From: Podarcis erhardii
Lineage: Eukaryota
Assembly: GCA_964252035.1 (NCBI GenBank)
Contig: OZ176203.1
Length of the DNA: 64,000 nt
Reading direction: 5' to 3' (one strand)
Shown: positions 49,140-61,256 of the stretch, piece by piece
Layout of the letters: the number at the start of each line of letters is the position of its first letter
Numbering within the stretch: the first letter of the stretch is position 1
Position numbers and translations under genes: made by a program
The notes under the pieces: model-generated
What the model saw: only the letters and a program-made list of their open reading frames with translations
Databases searched by the model: none
What the model was told of the DNA's origin: nothing

Positions 49140-49900
49140 ACTAAGGGCGGACTCGCCATCCGGCTAACGCGCGTTCCGAGCGGGCGCCGTGCACACGCGC
49201 AAAAACTGCGACACGGGGGGGGGGAGCGATCTTTTCTTGTTAACGAAGCGTCGGGCCGGGCCTGCGCGGCTCTTGGAAACGTTCCCCCCCCACCCCCAGC
49301 CGGGCGGCGGCCAGCGGGTTTCGGGGTTGGGGAGGGCCGAGGAGAGCGGAAGAGGGAGGAGACTCCGCGCGGGCGCCCGGAGAGCGGAGCCGGGGAAGGG
49401 GAAGGGGAAAGGGAGAGCCGGGTTCCGGAGGGCAGCCGCCTGCCTTGCCCCTTCCCTCCGTCCCCCAACCCAGGGCAGCGGTACTTACACAGCCCGCTGG
49501 AGCCGGTGCTGGTGAACATGGTCCCGGGCCGCAGGCCTCGCCGCCGTTCGCTCCCTCCCCGCCGCGAAGCCTTCGCTGGCCCGCTGCTCCCTCAGGAGGC
49601 CCAGGAGCCTCCAGCGGCGGCCGGGCCCGGAGCCTGAGGAGAGCTAAGGCGGCCGGGATGGGTCAGAGGCGGCCGGGAAAGGCCCCATGGCAGCGCCCCC
49701 TGCCGGAGCCGCGGCGGCATCCCGGCCGCAGAAAGCAGCCCCGGGCCGAGGGGAAGCGCCCTGGCCTGAGGCGGCCTCTCGGCTACAAAACGCCCCCTCC
49801 CCACCACACACACTGTTTTTGGGGGGCTTTTCTACGCTACCCCGGCCCTAGTTCGGTAAATGTCCCACAGAGTTACGTGGGGGGGGGGGTTAGGCGACGC
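49140..49900 (-). promoter_or_regulatory. CpG island / UBAC2 promoter and first exon region
   Basis: Abrupt switch to very high GC with dense CpG, surrounding UBAC2 exon 1; the rest of the window is AT-rich and CpG-poor. Confidence 0.88.
49489..49519 (-). CDS. UBAC2: UBA domain-containing protein 2, coding exon 1 (31 nt)
   Basis: ATG TTC ACC AGC ACC GGC TCC AGC GGG CTG T then GTAAGT donor; MFTSTGSSGL is the known UBAC2 N-terminus; lies in a CpG island. Confidence 0.95.
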
Positions 49901-50484
49901 TGTGGTTTGCTGAGGAGTGGGGTTAGGGTTATAATCCCAACCCAAAACTGGGATGTCCGCACGGTCATTTTGGACTCTGGACACGTGTCGAAGGATATTG
50001 CCACGCTTCACCTCAGAAGAAGGAAGCTCTGCTGCGGGGTTTTTATTTGGGGGGGGGCTGCATGCTCCTTTTGAAGTCCAGTTCCAGGGGCACCACCGCC
50101 CAAGAGACCTGCATGAGCACCTGCCAGGGGGAAAAAAAGTCTTGCGTTTGATATAAAAGGCTTTTTAAACTGGTGATCCAGTCATGTTTACTCTGGCTAT
50201 TAAGGCTGCGATTGTAGGAAGTTTCAGTGAGGTGGTCTTCAATCAACTTTTCCATTGGGAATCATGGACCCTAACTTAAGTCAATGGGTCTCTCAGTGAG
50301 TAAAGGTTAGCCGAATACTGTGTCATCTGTTGGATGGTACTTGCTTCTGAATCTCCAATAGTTTGCACTGCGGGTCCCACTGAGTTAAAGGTGTAATATA
50401 GGACAAATGGGGCCTGCAACAAAGTGTTGCAGTGCAGAGTGCTCCTGTGCAAGGTGCCGGACAGCCATGCCTTTTTTCACAATA

Positions 50485-50834
50485 GTAAAGGTAAAGGGAC
50501 CCCTGACCATTAGGTCCAGTCGTGACCGACTGGGGTTGTGGCGCTCATCTTGCTTTATTGGCCGAGGGAGCCGTGTACAGCTTCCGGGTCATGTGGCCAG
50601 CAGGACTAAGCCGCTTCTGGCGAACCAGAGCAGCACACGGAAACACCGTTTACCTTCCCGCCGGTGTGGTACCTATTGATCTACTTGCACTTTGACGTGC
50701 TTTCGAACTGTTAGGTTGGCAGGAGCAGGGACTGAGCAACGGGAGCTCACCCCATCACAGGGATTCGAACCACCAACCTTCTGATCAGCAAGTCCTAGGC
50801 TCTGTGGTTTAACCCACAGTGCCACCTGCGTCCC
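50485..50834 (-). mobile_element. Sauria SINE, full length
   Basis: TSD TTTTTCACAATA on both sides. Confidence 0.88.
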
Positions 50835-50960
50835 ATCATTTTTCACAATACTCCACTCCATTTTCCTCCCCCTCCTTCAGCCATCATGCCATGGCAACTG
50901 AGTATACTCATTCCTTGTTGGTCTGTTTTGGGGGATCTCTCCCCATCAGATTTCCTCCCA

Positions 50961-50988
50961 CCCTAACCCTAACCCTAACCCTAACCCT
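50961..50988 (-). repeat. Short interstitial (TTAGGG)4 tract
   Basis: ccctaaccctaaccctaaccctaaccct. Confidence 0.85.
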
Positions 50989-51792
50989 TCGAGCGTATAG
51001 GATTCCAGCCACAGAGCTTTTATAGCGAACAAATCTTCAGTTGCCACATATGTTTGTTCTACACAGTCGCTTTCTCTCCTGATAATTACCTGTTCTACAT
51101 ACCAAACACTAACACGGAGTTAGTGCATGCACACACTGGAGCATGCTAAAGATCTCTTTAAATGCCTTAATATCTTTAACCAACCTGTTGCATTGACAGG
51201 CTACATAACTAAGGAATGGTAAAGCAAAAAATAATAAATAAATAAATCCCCTCCACTCTTCTGATGTTTGCTTATAGCTGAAGTATGGATTCTAATTTGC
51301 ATTTATGAACAATAGATCTGGATGAATTATACTGTGAAGGTGTAGCTAAGCTTGCATCTCAGGACTGAGGCCATACCATGTAATTAAAATGGGGCTAATC
51401 ATACTGACCACTTTGCAGGGTGGTTGTAAGGATTACCTACTTCAGAAATGTGCCGTATAAATGCAGAGTATGTATTATAGTAGCAATTTGCTTTTTGGAC
51501 TGAGTAAAATAACAAAAGCAGCGATCCTATGCATATTTAATTGGAAGTAAGCACGTTAAGCTCTTAAAATATTTTCTTCCAGGTACGCATTAAGAGGATA
51601 TGGCTGCATTTATTTGTCAAAGCAGTAACCTTTGGACTTGGGTGGAGGTAGGTACCATATTTTCAGAAGATCTAAAAAAAAGTAATGGTGCTTAGTAACC
51701 TCCAAACGTATTTCCCACACAATTCCAGCGTATTTCTACTCCCACATAATAAGGCCATGGGTTGGGGTGTAATAGCTAGTTTATCATAAATA

Positions 51793-52106
51793 CAGTGGTA
51801 CCTCGCAAGACGAATGCCTCGTAAGACGAAAAACTCGCAAGACGAAAGAGTTTTTCGTTTTTTGAGTTGCTTCGCAAGACAAATTTCCCTATGGGCTTGC
51901 TTCGCAAGACGAAAACGTCTTGCAAGTTTGTTTCCTTATTCTTCGAGGAGCAACTCATAGCACACGGTGTGGTAGCCTTTTTTGAGGTTTTTGAAGACTT
52001 TGGTGATTTTTGAAGCTTTTCCAAAGTCCGTGCTTAGCAAGACGAAAAAATTGCAAGACGAAAAAACTCGCAGAACGAATTAATTTCGACTTGCGAGGTA
52101 CCACTG
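51793..52106. mobile_element. MITE family B
   Basis: TIR CAGTGGTACCTCGCAAG, internal (CGCAAGACGAA) subrepeats, TA TSD. Confidence 0.85.
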
Positions 52107-52827
52107 TAACAGTAAGGATATACTTGAGTTTCGATGGGTGTTTTAACAGTGGGAGAGCATATTCTGAGCTAATAATCTTCCTGAATGTTCTAAACCTAAC
52201 TCGTCATACCTTCCCTCCAGCTCCCATAATCCACTGCCTCCTACTGCTTTCCCTTAAAGCCTTAAAACATGGAGCTGCTGAGTAAATGAGGCCCTGTCAT
52301 TAGCCATAATAGAAGCAAAGTGCTGAATGTTTTCTGAACTTCCTGGAACTAGTGTGAAGAAGCCTTTTTATTTTATTTCCATCATGATGAATGGGAATTC
52401 ATGCTTGGGGGCATCCCATAGGCATCTGGTTAGCCACTGATAAGAGGATGCTGAGCAAGGTGAGACTTTGGTGTTACCCAGCAGGGTTTTTCTTATGTCC
52501 TTAGGATCTAGTTAAATTATGGAATTCCCTCCACGTGGACAGCAGGACAAAGTACAGAAAGATGCTTTTCAATATAAATGTTTCCAGATTAGCTACTCTT
52601 GAAATTTGTGGCTCATACTTTGTAGGAGATATACAAAGAATTGCAGTCTTAACCCAGAAGTGCTTCTAAAGAGGTGAGCTGGGCATACTTCCAATAAAAT
52701 ATAATATTGAAATGTTGTAGCTGGGTGATCAGGTGAAAAAGAGTACAATAGCTGTATAGAAAAATGTCAGCAGGTGTAGCTTGTCATGCAAGCCACACCT
52801 CAAATTCCTCTTCTGCACAACTATTAA

Positions 52828-53156
52828 CATACCCTCCAACATTTCTCTGATGAAAATAGGGACGTCCCATTCCATAACAATAATTTTACTATTTATATCC
52901 CACACATCTTACTGGGTTGCCCCAGCCACTCTGGGCAGCTTCCAACATATATAAAAACACAATAAAACATTTAAAAAACTTCCCTGTGCAGGATTGCCTT
53001 CAGATGGCTTGGGGGTCGGATAACATCATATCCTTTTCCCAATTTAAAGAGGGACAGCCTAAGAAAAAGTGGGACATTCAAAGATCAAATCAGAAACCAG
53101 GATGGCTTCTCTAAATCAGGGACATCCCTGGAAAATAAGTACACTTGGAGGGTCTG
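52828..53156. mobile_element. Non-autonomous TIR element containing an L2 3'-tail fragment (related partial copy ending at ~25058)
   Basis: Termini CATACCCTCCAAC / CAGACCCTCCAAG; internal 52890-53010 matches the L2 3' UTR on the minus strand. Confidence 0.55.
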
Positions 53157-53253
53157 ATTTAAAAGTGCTGAGCCTTGACTTTTATCTTGCCACCCTGCTT
53201 TACGGCATACTCTAGGTACAGGCAGCCACATTATTCCATACATATGACAGTGA

Positions 53254-53770
53254 CATAGGCGCCGACTCCATGGGGCCTGAGGGGTCCCGAGCCCCCTCAA
53301 AAATTCGTTTTGGGGGGCTCGGCCCCCCCAATAATTTAAGAAAATTATTAGTTGTATTATGCTTTGTAAAATCACAAAATTATGTTGGTATTTTTTATTT
53401 TCCTTGTTTGACGATAGTTACCTTTTAAAATACATTCAGTAATGAGTTAAAACAAAGCCACTCCCGATCTAGAGAGGGGGTGGGGTTACGGGCTCTCAAC
53501 CCATCAACAATCTCGCGGGGCTGGCGTCAGCCCCGCGAGAAGCGGGGATTCCCCCTAGCTCATTAATATTCACCGCCCACGGCGGCAGCCAATCGGCTGC
53601 CGCAAAGGGGGGGCCCTCACAGGTTCACTTAAGGTCGGGGCAGCCCGGGGCTCGCCCCTTTCGTTCCCCCAGCAGCAGCGGTTTGGAGGTCTTGGGCCCC
53701 CCCAATATTTTTTATAAGTCGGTATGGGCCCCCGCCCCCCCCCAATATTTTTTATAAGTCGGCGCCCCTG
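53254..53770. mobile_element. hAT-type non-autonomous element
   Basis: TIR CATAGGCGCCGACT / CAGGGGCGCCGACT; perfect 8-bp TSD GACAGTGA (53246-53253, 53771-53778). Confidence 0.85.
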
Positions 53771-54599
53771 GACAGTGATCCATTTTATGAAAACAACTTT
53801 TACTGATCAACAAGGGAGAAGCCAACTCTGTCTGTTACAATCACATGCCCTGCCTCCAAAATAACTCCTCACCAACCCATGATCCCCTGGCTTCCAGAAC
53901 ACTCCAGTATCACAAATATCTCCCTCTAGAGGCTGTTCTTGGAGGTGCATAAGGCATACAAAAGTTTTTGTTTATTGTTGGGATACCAAAGGGAAGCAGC
54001 CCTAAGCTTTAATGCAATTATTGTTAACAATTGATGTCTGCTGCTGAGTTTAGCATCAAAACAATTCCCCGGTCCAGTGACACAATCAACTGGCAGTTTC
54101 ATGACACGGCTGCAGATGTTCGTGAATAGCTGTTCAGAGGCATTCTGGAAACAAAAGCTGGTACTTCTCAGTACAATGGACCAAGCGGATGAGGCTTCAC
54201 AGTGGCCTCTTGCCCTGCTTTTGACACTTGTATAATTGCAGCAGTGAAGATCCGGTTCTGCTCATGCTAATTGTGTTACACAGAGAGTCAAGAAGCAAAT
54301 TTCACTCCTTAAAGACTTTTGTTATTTATGGGCAGGACATAACATAATAAAATTATTATTATATTATTATTATTATCTTAAGAACATAAAATACAAAACA
54401 AAACAAGAGTTAACCAACAATAAAGTTTCTGGTACTGGTTTTTAGGAGCCTGGTTCAGAAGGGAGGGATAGATGATATACAGCTGGCTCCCACATCTCTC
54501 CAGAGAAAGCTGACAAGAGAAAAAGGTAAATGTTCGGGAAGGCAATGATGGTAAGGCTGTTCAGCCTCCTGGAATTGTCAACTGCTGGTGCAGGTCTTA

Positions 54600-54845
54600 G
54601 AGAAGAAGAGTATGGATTTGACATCCCGCTTTATCACTACCCGAAGGAGTCTCAAAGCGGCTAACATTCTCCTTTCCCTTCCTCCCCCACAACAAACACT
54701 CTGTGAGGTGAGTGGGGCTGAGAGACTTCAGAGAAGTGTGACTAGCCCAAGGTCACCCAGTAGCTGCATGTGGAGGAGCGGGGAATCGAACCCGGTTCCC
54801 CAGATTACGAGACTACCGCTCTTAACCGCTACACCACACACTCTC
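54600..54845 (-). mobile_element. tRNA/CORE (MIR-related, Squam3-like) SINE
   Basis: A-box TGGTGTAGCGG, B-box GGTTCGATTCC, CORE-like middle, CTTCTTCT tail, short TCTTA direct repeat. Confidence 0.72.
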
Positions 54846-55005
54846 TCTTACTGCACTATTGGAATGGGTGGCTTGTTTCTAACAGGGTTGCATAATGCCA
54901 CCATGTGATAGTGGCTACTACAGTCCTTGAATCATTTAGTCTGGGATAGCACTGCTGATTCTGAAAGGCTGTTTTGGACAGTGCCGGATTTATGTATAGG
55001 CTAAG

Positions 55006-55350
55006 CGGGTGGCGCTGTGGTCTAAACCACAGAGCCAAGGGCTTGCCTATCAGAAGGTTGGCGGTTTGAATCCCCATGACTGGGTGAGCTCCCATTGTTC
55101 AGTCACAGCTCTTGCACACCTAGCAGTTCGAAAGCACGTCAAAGTGCAAGTAGATAAATAGGTACCGCTCCGGCGGGGAAGGTAAACGGCGTTTCTGTGC
55201 ACTATTCTGGTTTGCCAAAAGCGGCTTAGTCATGCTGGCCACATGACCCGGAAGCTGTACGCCGACTCCCTTGGCCAGTAAAGCGAGATGAGCGCCGCAA
55301 CCCCAGAGTTGTCCACGACTGGACCTAACGGTCAGGGGTCCTTTTTTTTT
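55006..55350 (+). mobile_element. Sauria SINE inserted in another repeat
   Basis: Typical body; interrupts an element beginning CAGTGCCGGATT at 54979. Confidence 0.82.
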
Positions 55351-58300
55351 AAGTAGGCTGAAGCCTAGGGCCTCTAGGGGGCCTCACCAGTCCTCCCGCT
55401 CCCCAGCAGGCAGCCCCCCCTAAAATTGCAAACCCAAGACTTCATGTGAGGGCAGGGCAACTCGGGCCTCTAAGTCTAGGGGGCCTCACCAGCCTGCCAT
55501 CTCCCCGGTGCCGCAGTCTCCCCTCTCCCAAAATTGTAAACCCAAGACTTCGTGCAAGGGCAAGGCAACTCAGTAGTAGTAGTAACAACAAACAAACAAC
55601 AATTCCGCTCACCTCTCAGTCTCCACATATTAGAACAACTTAAAATAAAGCTTTATACCTCTCAAAATACATAGTTGGAGTAGTCTAGTAAGAAACGACA
55701 TTCAAGTCTATAATGTCTGTGTCAGACTCCTAAGAAAGTTTAAGCATTTTATGATAAATGCATTACAAATAAGCTTTGAATGAAGTCAATATTATTTTTT
55801 GTAAGGTGGATCTCAAATTAAATAATGAGTGTTGCATGAATTCTGCATATTTTAACAACCATCTGTAAAAGAGCAGGGACCTAAGCACAATATATTTATG
55901 ACACAGTTGAAGAACTTAGCAGCAGAGCCCAGTCTTCTTTTTATACACAACATAGCATACTTTTTAATACGTTCCCTTGAGAACCAGTCAGCCCTCAGGG
56001 GAGTGTGCCTGTCAGCTTTCTCCTCCTTAGATTTCTGGAACTCAGCTGGAAGAGAATGGGAGCAAAGGTGGAATTAGTTGACCCTGGCGCCACCTACTGT
56101 TGACTTCCCTGTCTTCCACTCTACCAGTACCAATGGGCTCCAGCCACCGCCGCTAACAAGAATGTATTTTATCTCATTCGTGAGGTAGGATACCGCTAAC
56201 CTGCTGAACTGACCAAGAAGCCAAATTACCAACAGCTTTTAGGTTATTGAAACTGAAATTACACATAAATAAATCTATGCTACTTAGCTCTTGATGTCTT
56301 AAAGATAATCTTGCTGCTCCATCCTGTTATACTTGTGGAGCAATTAACAAGTCCCAGTGGGGCTTACTCTCAAGGAAATGTGTTTGGGATTCCTTTAATA
56401 GTATGTGTATGCAGAAGTAGCTGCTCCCTTTCTGCCTTCAGGGGCTATGGCTAGGCAAACTACCGTACTTGGAATAAAAAGGACCCTTTTTTTGGAACAG
56501 GTAGTTTTCAAGTTGCGTCCTAATAGGAACATTCCAGTTACCTTAAGGGTACATACAGATGTGTAGGAAGGGGACGGTACACTCAGTTTGTTGTCACTCG
56601 GAGATCTATACTTTTCTGGGAGCTGAGCTCTGGTAAAACCAGTTCTGCTGTGTGGGCCTAAGAGGAAATTCTTGGTTGGTTTTTAAATGTCTGGTACTTT
56701 AAATTCTGGGCGCAGATGCTCAGACAAAGTAGACCCATCTACGCACTGCATGGTGTACGCAATGATTGTTCCTAGGAACTAGCAAATCCATACTAAGCTT
56801 GGAGTGAGGCATTGCTTATTTTTATTTTTGGACTTCTCTTTTGTGCAAGCATTGTAGATAACAAAAGGTGTATGTGTACATTTAAATAAAAACCCATGGA
56901 TCTCAACTTTCCTGGCTTGGAGGAATACACACACACACACACACGCACACACACAGCTGCTGTTTTGTGCAAATTGGTAGATTGAGAAAGTTGTATTCAA
57001 TTTTTTTTTAAGTGTGTGCTTACAGGTAAGCAGATACCAGTGTGCATGCCCATAATAACCTCAGGCAATGCCACCCGACCCATGAAGTGGCGTGAAATGG
57101 CTGCCTCAGCTGGAGTAGGCCAGAAGGTATAACAGGAAAGCCATCCTGGCCATAGCTGGAGCAGAGTGCTATAGCCAGGCTACTGAGCAGAACACCTGGA
57201 AATGCACATATTGCACCTGTGCTGAGGGAACTGTACTGGCTTCCGATCAGCTATTGGGCTATGTGCAAGGTCCTGTTGTGTAAACACATAAAGCCATGAG
57301 CAGCTTGGGACCACGTTACCTGGAGGAGTACCTTCCCTCTGTAGACCTGTAAGTTCACTTAGATTATCTGTGGAATAGTCTCCTCGTGATTCTGCACTCT
57401 CCAGAATGTCATTGGACGATGTCCCTGAAAACAGGCCTTTCCAGCTATTGCGCTTGTACTGTGGAATGCTCTCCCCTCTGCCATACATGAAGCAGCAACC
57501 ATCAATTTGTTCAGGTGTATGTAAAGATGTATCATTTTTCCATCTAAAGGGTAAGGCCATTAAGTCCACATTGAGCCTGGCCACCATGTTTTGTGAGACT
57601 CCCTTTGAAACTATCCTGCAGGCTCAAGCTCCGCACAAGGGGGAAATGCTAAAAAAGCAAAGGGCATCAAATGAAGAGATTCAAGATGCCCTCACTGTTT
57701 TTGTATTGGATATTTATCTGCATACAAAATTACTATACTGCTTGTCAAACTCAGTTGAGAGATGGCTTATTATAACTGGCATATGATTCATGGACCAGAT
57801 GCTTATTTTGCAGGACTTTTTTTCAATGAAGGGGGAAATGATATTTAGCGATTATGAAAGCTGTTGTGCTTGTGCTGAATATAAAGCGGTTAAATGAAAT
57901 GATGCATGAGGCAAAGAATGGGAAAAGAGACAAAGGGCGTAATCATGAGAAACTTAGGGCGATGGAATGCAGGGAGTTGGCAAGGTGTGAGGGGGAGTGT
58001 AGGAGGAGATGAGGGGAGCGATATTGCCAAGTCTGAAGTTACGCAAATTGCCGTTCCTTAAATGAGACTGAAAAAACAGAAGAAAGCTAGGCTGGTTTAC
58101 AAAAAAATGTGTGGGTGATGATCACTGTGATAAGCTAGTGCCAATTATACTATGCACACAGAATGAATATTTATATCTTACTGGAGAGAGAGATTATTTC
58201 CTCACATTTAAGCTAAACACTGATGCAATTTATAACATGGAAGGAATTCCTTTGATTCCAGTAGGGTGACTGGTCTTCATATGTATGAAATCAGAAGGCA

Positions 58301-59019
58301 ATGTACAAAGTTGGGAAAACCTGCTGTTCAAGATAGGCATGACGTTTAGAATAAAGTACTCAAAGCAGTAGACTTTCTGTTTGCTGAGTGTGGCAGTCCT
58401 GCCCTTGAAAAAGAGCCAAGGCGGAGGTGGAGAAAGAGGAGTTTGTGACCACTGTACAATCATCTGAAAAATACAGCTGGGTTATTGATACCAAGCCTTA
58501 GGCTGATGGCCATGAGCCCTGTGGATTCTGCAACAGACACTCCCCAGATGTGATTCACCCAAAGAGCCAAGCACCTTCTGCTCCATAACACCTGTCCAGA
58601 AACACAAGGAGCATAGGCAAGAAGCCAGCGAGACTACGAAGTGCTCTGCAAGGCAGGGAGTTGCCCCTTTAAGAAACTATGCTCTAAAGGTGAAGCCTAG
58701 GAGGACTAATCTGGGCTGAGGGATTGAGGGAATTATGAAGCCTCAGGCAATTTCTACTTTTATTGGAGCTATGAATGGTGCCAAAGCTCCAGCTGCCTTG
58801 CTTTCTTGAAGTGTTGCCATCTTGCCCCATGGATTCCTGCTGCAAACAGAACCAGATAGCTTGCTCCACCCAATTTTTGCAGGCTGGTGGATCTCCAGAA
58901 GTAGCTTACCAGCTAGCAGCCAATAATGTCAAACTGCAAGTGTGCCTGGAAGTCATAACCACACTGGGTGGGGCCTATTCATTTAAACAACCTTAAAATA
59001 TCAGTGACTTCCTTTCTTC

Positions 59020-59545
59020 TATTTCCATGGTTCATTCTGCATAGCATAAATCCCTGCATATTTTATATAAACTAAACCATTATTACTTCCATCAAAACTT
59101 ATTTACACTGTTGAATTTATCTTAATGCTGCCAAAGTTTTCAAGTGTACACAATTTCCCACCATATATTCAATAAACATTTTCCAATCTTCTTTAAATGA
59201 ATGTTCTTCTTGTTTTCTTATTCTATAAGTTAGATCCACAAGCTGCGCATATTCCATCAGTTTGAATTTCTTTGGTTGGAACCTCACTCATTTTCCATTT
59301 TGGGGCCAACAAAACATGGGCCGCCGTAGTGGCATACATAAATAACCTTTTTTGACACCTGGGAATTCCCATCTGAATTATCTCCAAAGAAAAGGACTCT
59401 GGGTTTATTTGGAAAAGTACTTTTAAACATTTCCCCCCCAATTCATTATAAATTATTTCCCAATACTCTTTTACCCTTTTACAGGTCCACCACATATGAA
59501 AGAACATACCCTCGACCTCATTGCATCTCCAGCATTTATCTGATT
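59020..59545 (-). mobile_element. Decayed L1-clade 3' end
   Basis: FFHMWWTCKRVKEYWEIIYNEL and LFMYATTAAHVLLA match the young L1 ORF2 C-terminus; frameshifted. Confidence 0.72.
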
Positions 59546-60629
59546 CAGTCTTATACTGTACATTTTAGCAAGCCTACTTGGATAGCTGAATCATAGCTTG
59601 TTACGCTTAGGTCTCCAACATCAGGATCTGTAGCAGGCTTAGCAAATCTCAGTTGCTTATAAAGCAGTTAGAGAGGAACAGTAATCTTAAGTAAATAGAT
59701 CTCTGTAACTTTTTGTTTTTGCTTTCACATTTTACTACATATTCTAGGTGTATATGCTTGTACCTACAGAGCTAATCTAATCTAATCAATGCTTCTTAAT
59801 GAACAGCTCAAGGCCAGGATGACATATCAACTCCCAAGTGTTTTCCCACAGATTGTGTTCAACCTATTGACAGAAAAGGAAAGAGAAAATAAAATAATCA
59901 GAATGGCAAACCAAATTTAGTTACAATAGAAATGACATTAAACTCACTCCGAAACTTCAAAACTGCTTAATGATAACATGTTTCAGGGTGCTCAGTTCAT
60001 TTAAAGTGGCATCACTTCTTAATTAGAACTGTACTAATTTAAATAAGCTCAGAAATCTGGGCCTGCTTCCAAGTCCAAACCTATAAATACCCCTTTATAT
60101 AAATGGATCCTTTTTTATAATAGGTGTGAGTTCGTTGCCGTTGCGTTGAACTATATTTATTATTCTTGGCTCAGAGAATGAATAATGTGTACAAGTTTAT
60201 CCATGTTAATAATTATGGCCATATTTCAAATTATTTCTCCATTGTGCTTGTCCACTGGAGCAAGCACGCTTCTATTAATATCACTCGATTCTTCTAGTGT
60301 TTTAGTTTAGTGGAATGAATGGGAGCCTTTCTGGGAGCAACCTGTCAGGAATGCATGGATGGAAAGCTCCCCTGTGGACTTGGTGGTAAAACATAGCTAG
60401 TATATTATTAAAGTGACAGGACAAAACAGGCTGCATGAAAATAATTTTTGAAGGACTACAAAACTCTTTGGCTGCATTCCTAGGCCAACTTAATTGAATT
60501 CATTGGATCCTACTTCTGAGTAAATGGGTGTGATCACATGGTTTTATGGGTAACAGAAGGCGTGGGGAACCTCTGACCCTCCAGGTGTTGCTGAACTACA
60601 ATTCCCTTCATCCCCTGGGTTAAGGAAAG

Positions 60630-60795
60630 AGCCATAGTTCAGCGGTAGAGCATCTTCTTTGCATGCAGAAGGTCCTAGATTCAATCTTTGGCATATCCAG
60701 GTAGAGCTAGGACTGTTTCCTGGAAAGCCGTTGCCAGCCACTGTAGATAATACTGAGCTTGATGGACCAATGGTCTGACAAAGTATAAGATTGTA
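60630..60795 (+). mobile_element. Older tRNA-derived SINE (diverged related copies at ~25693-25836, ~29355-29530 and ~61385-61480 minus)
   Basis: gccatagttcagcggtagagcatc..ttgcatgcagaaggtcctagattcaatc tRNA-like head followed by a shared tail ..actgagc..gatggaccaatggtctgac. Confidence 0.55.
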
Positions 60796-60918
60796 TTCTA
60801 TATTCTCATATGTTAAGAAGCATAGTATACATAAAAGGTCACAAACTTTCTGAAAACTGTCATTTCCATGTTATTTGTAAGAGAAACATTGTTTTAATAT
60901 GAGTTATCTATAAGAGAA

Positions 60919-61256
60919 GGGACGCAGGTGGCGCTGTGGGTTAAACCACAGAGCCTAGGACTTGCCGATCAGAAGGTCGGCGGTTCGAATCCCTGCGACG
61001 GGGTGAGCTCCCATTGCTTGGTCCCTGCTCCTGCCAACCTAGCAGTTCGAAAGCACCTCAAAGTGCAAGTAGATAAATAGGTACCGCTCCAGTGGGAAGG
61101 TAAACGGCGTTTCCGTGTGCTGCTCTGGTTCGCCAGAAGCAGCTTAGTCATGCTGGCCACATGACCCAGAAGCTGTGCGCCGGCTCCCTCAGTCAATCAC
61201 CACAACCCCAAAGTCGGCCACGACTGGACCTAATGGTCAGGGGTCCCTTTACCTTT
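60919..61256 (+). mobile_element. Sauria SINE with small internal deletion
   Basis: TSD TTATCT(A/G)TAAGAGA; lacks the aaagcgagatgagcg segment present in other copies. Confidence 0.87.

Noticed and set aside
49445-50074. 209-aa plus-strand ORF and overlapping ORFs at 49103-49813
   Set aside because: Low-complexity Pro/Gly/Arg/Ala frames expected in a CpG island. Only the first 10 codons of the 49519 ORF are real (UBAC2 exon 1).
54780-54845. tRNA-like sequences with A and B boxes (also 36840-36903, 60630-60690 and SINE heads)
   Set aside because: They continue directly into SINE bodies and lack a proper acceptor stem; not tRNA genes.
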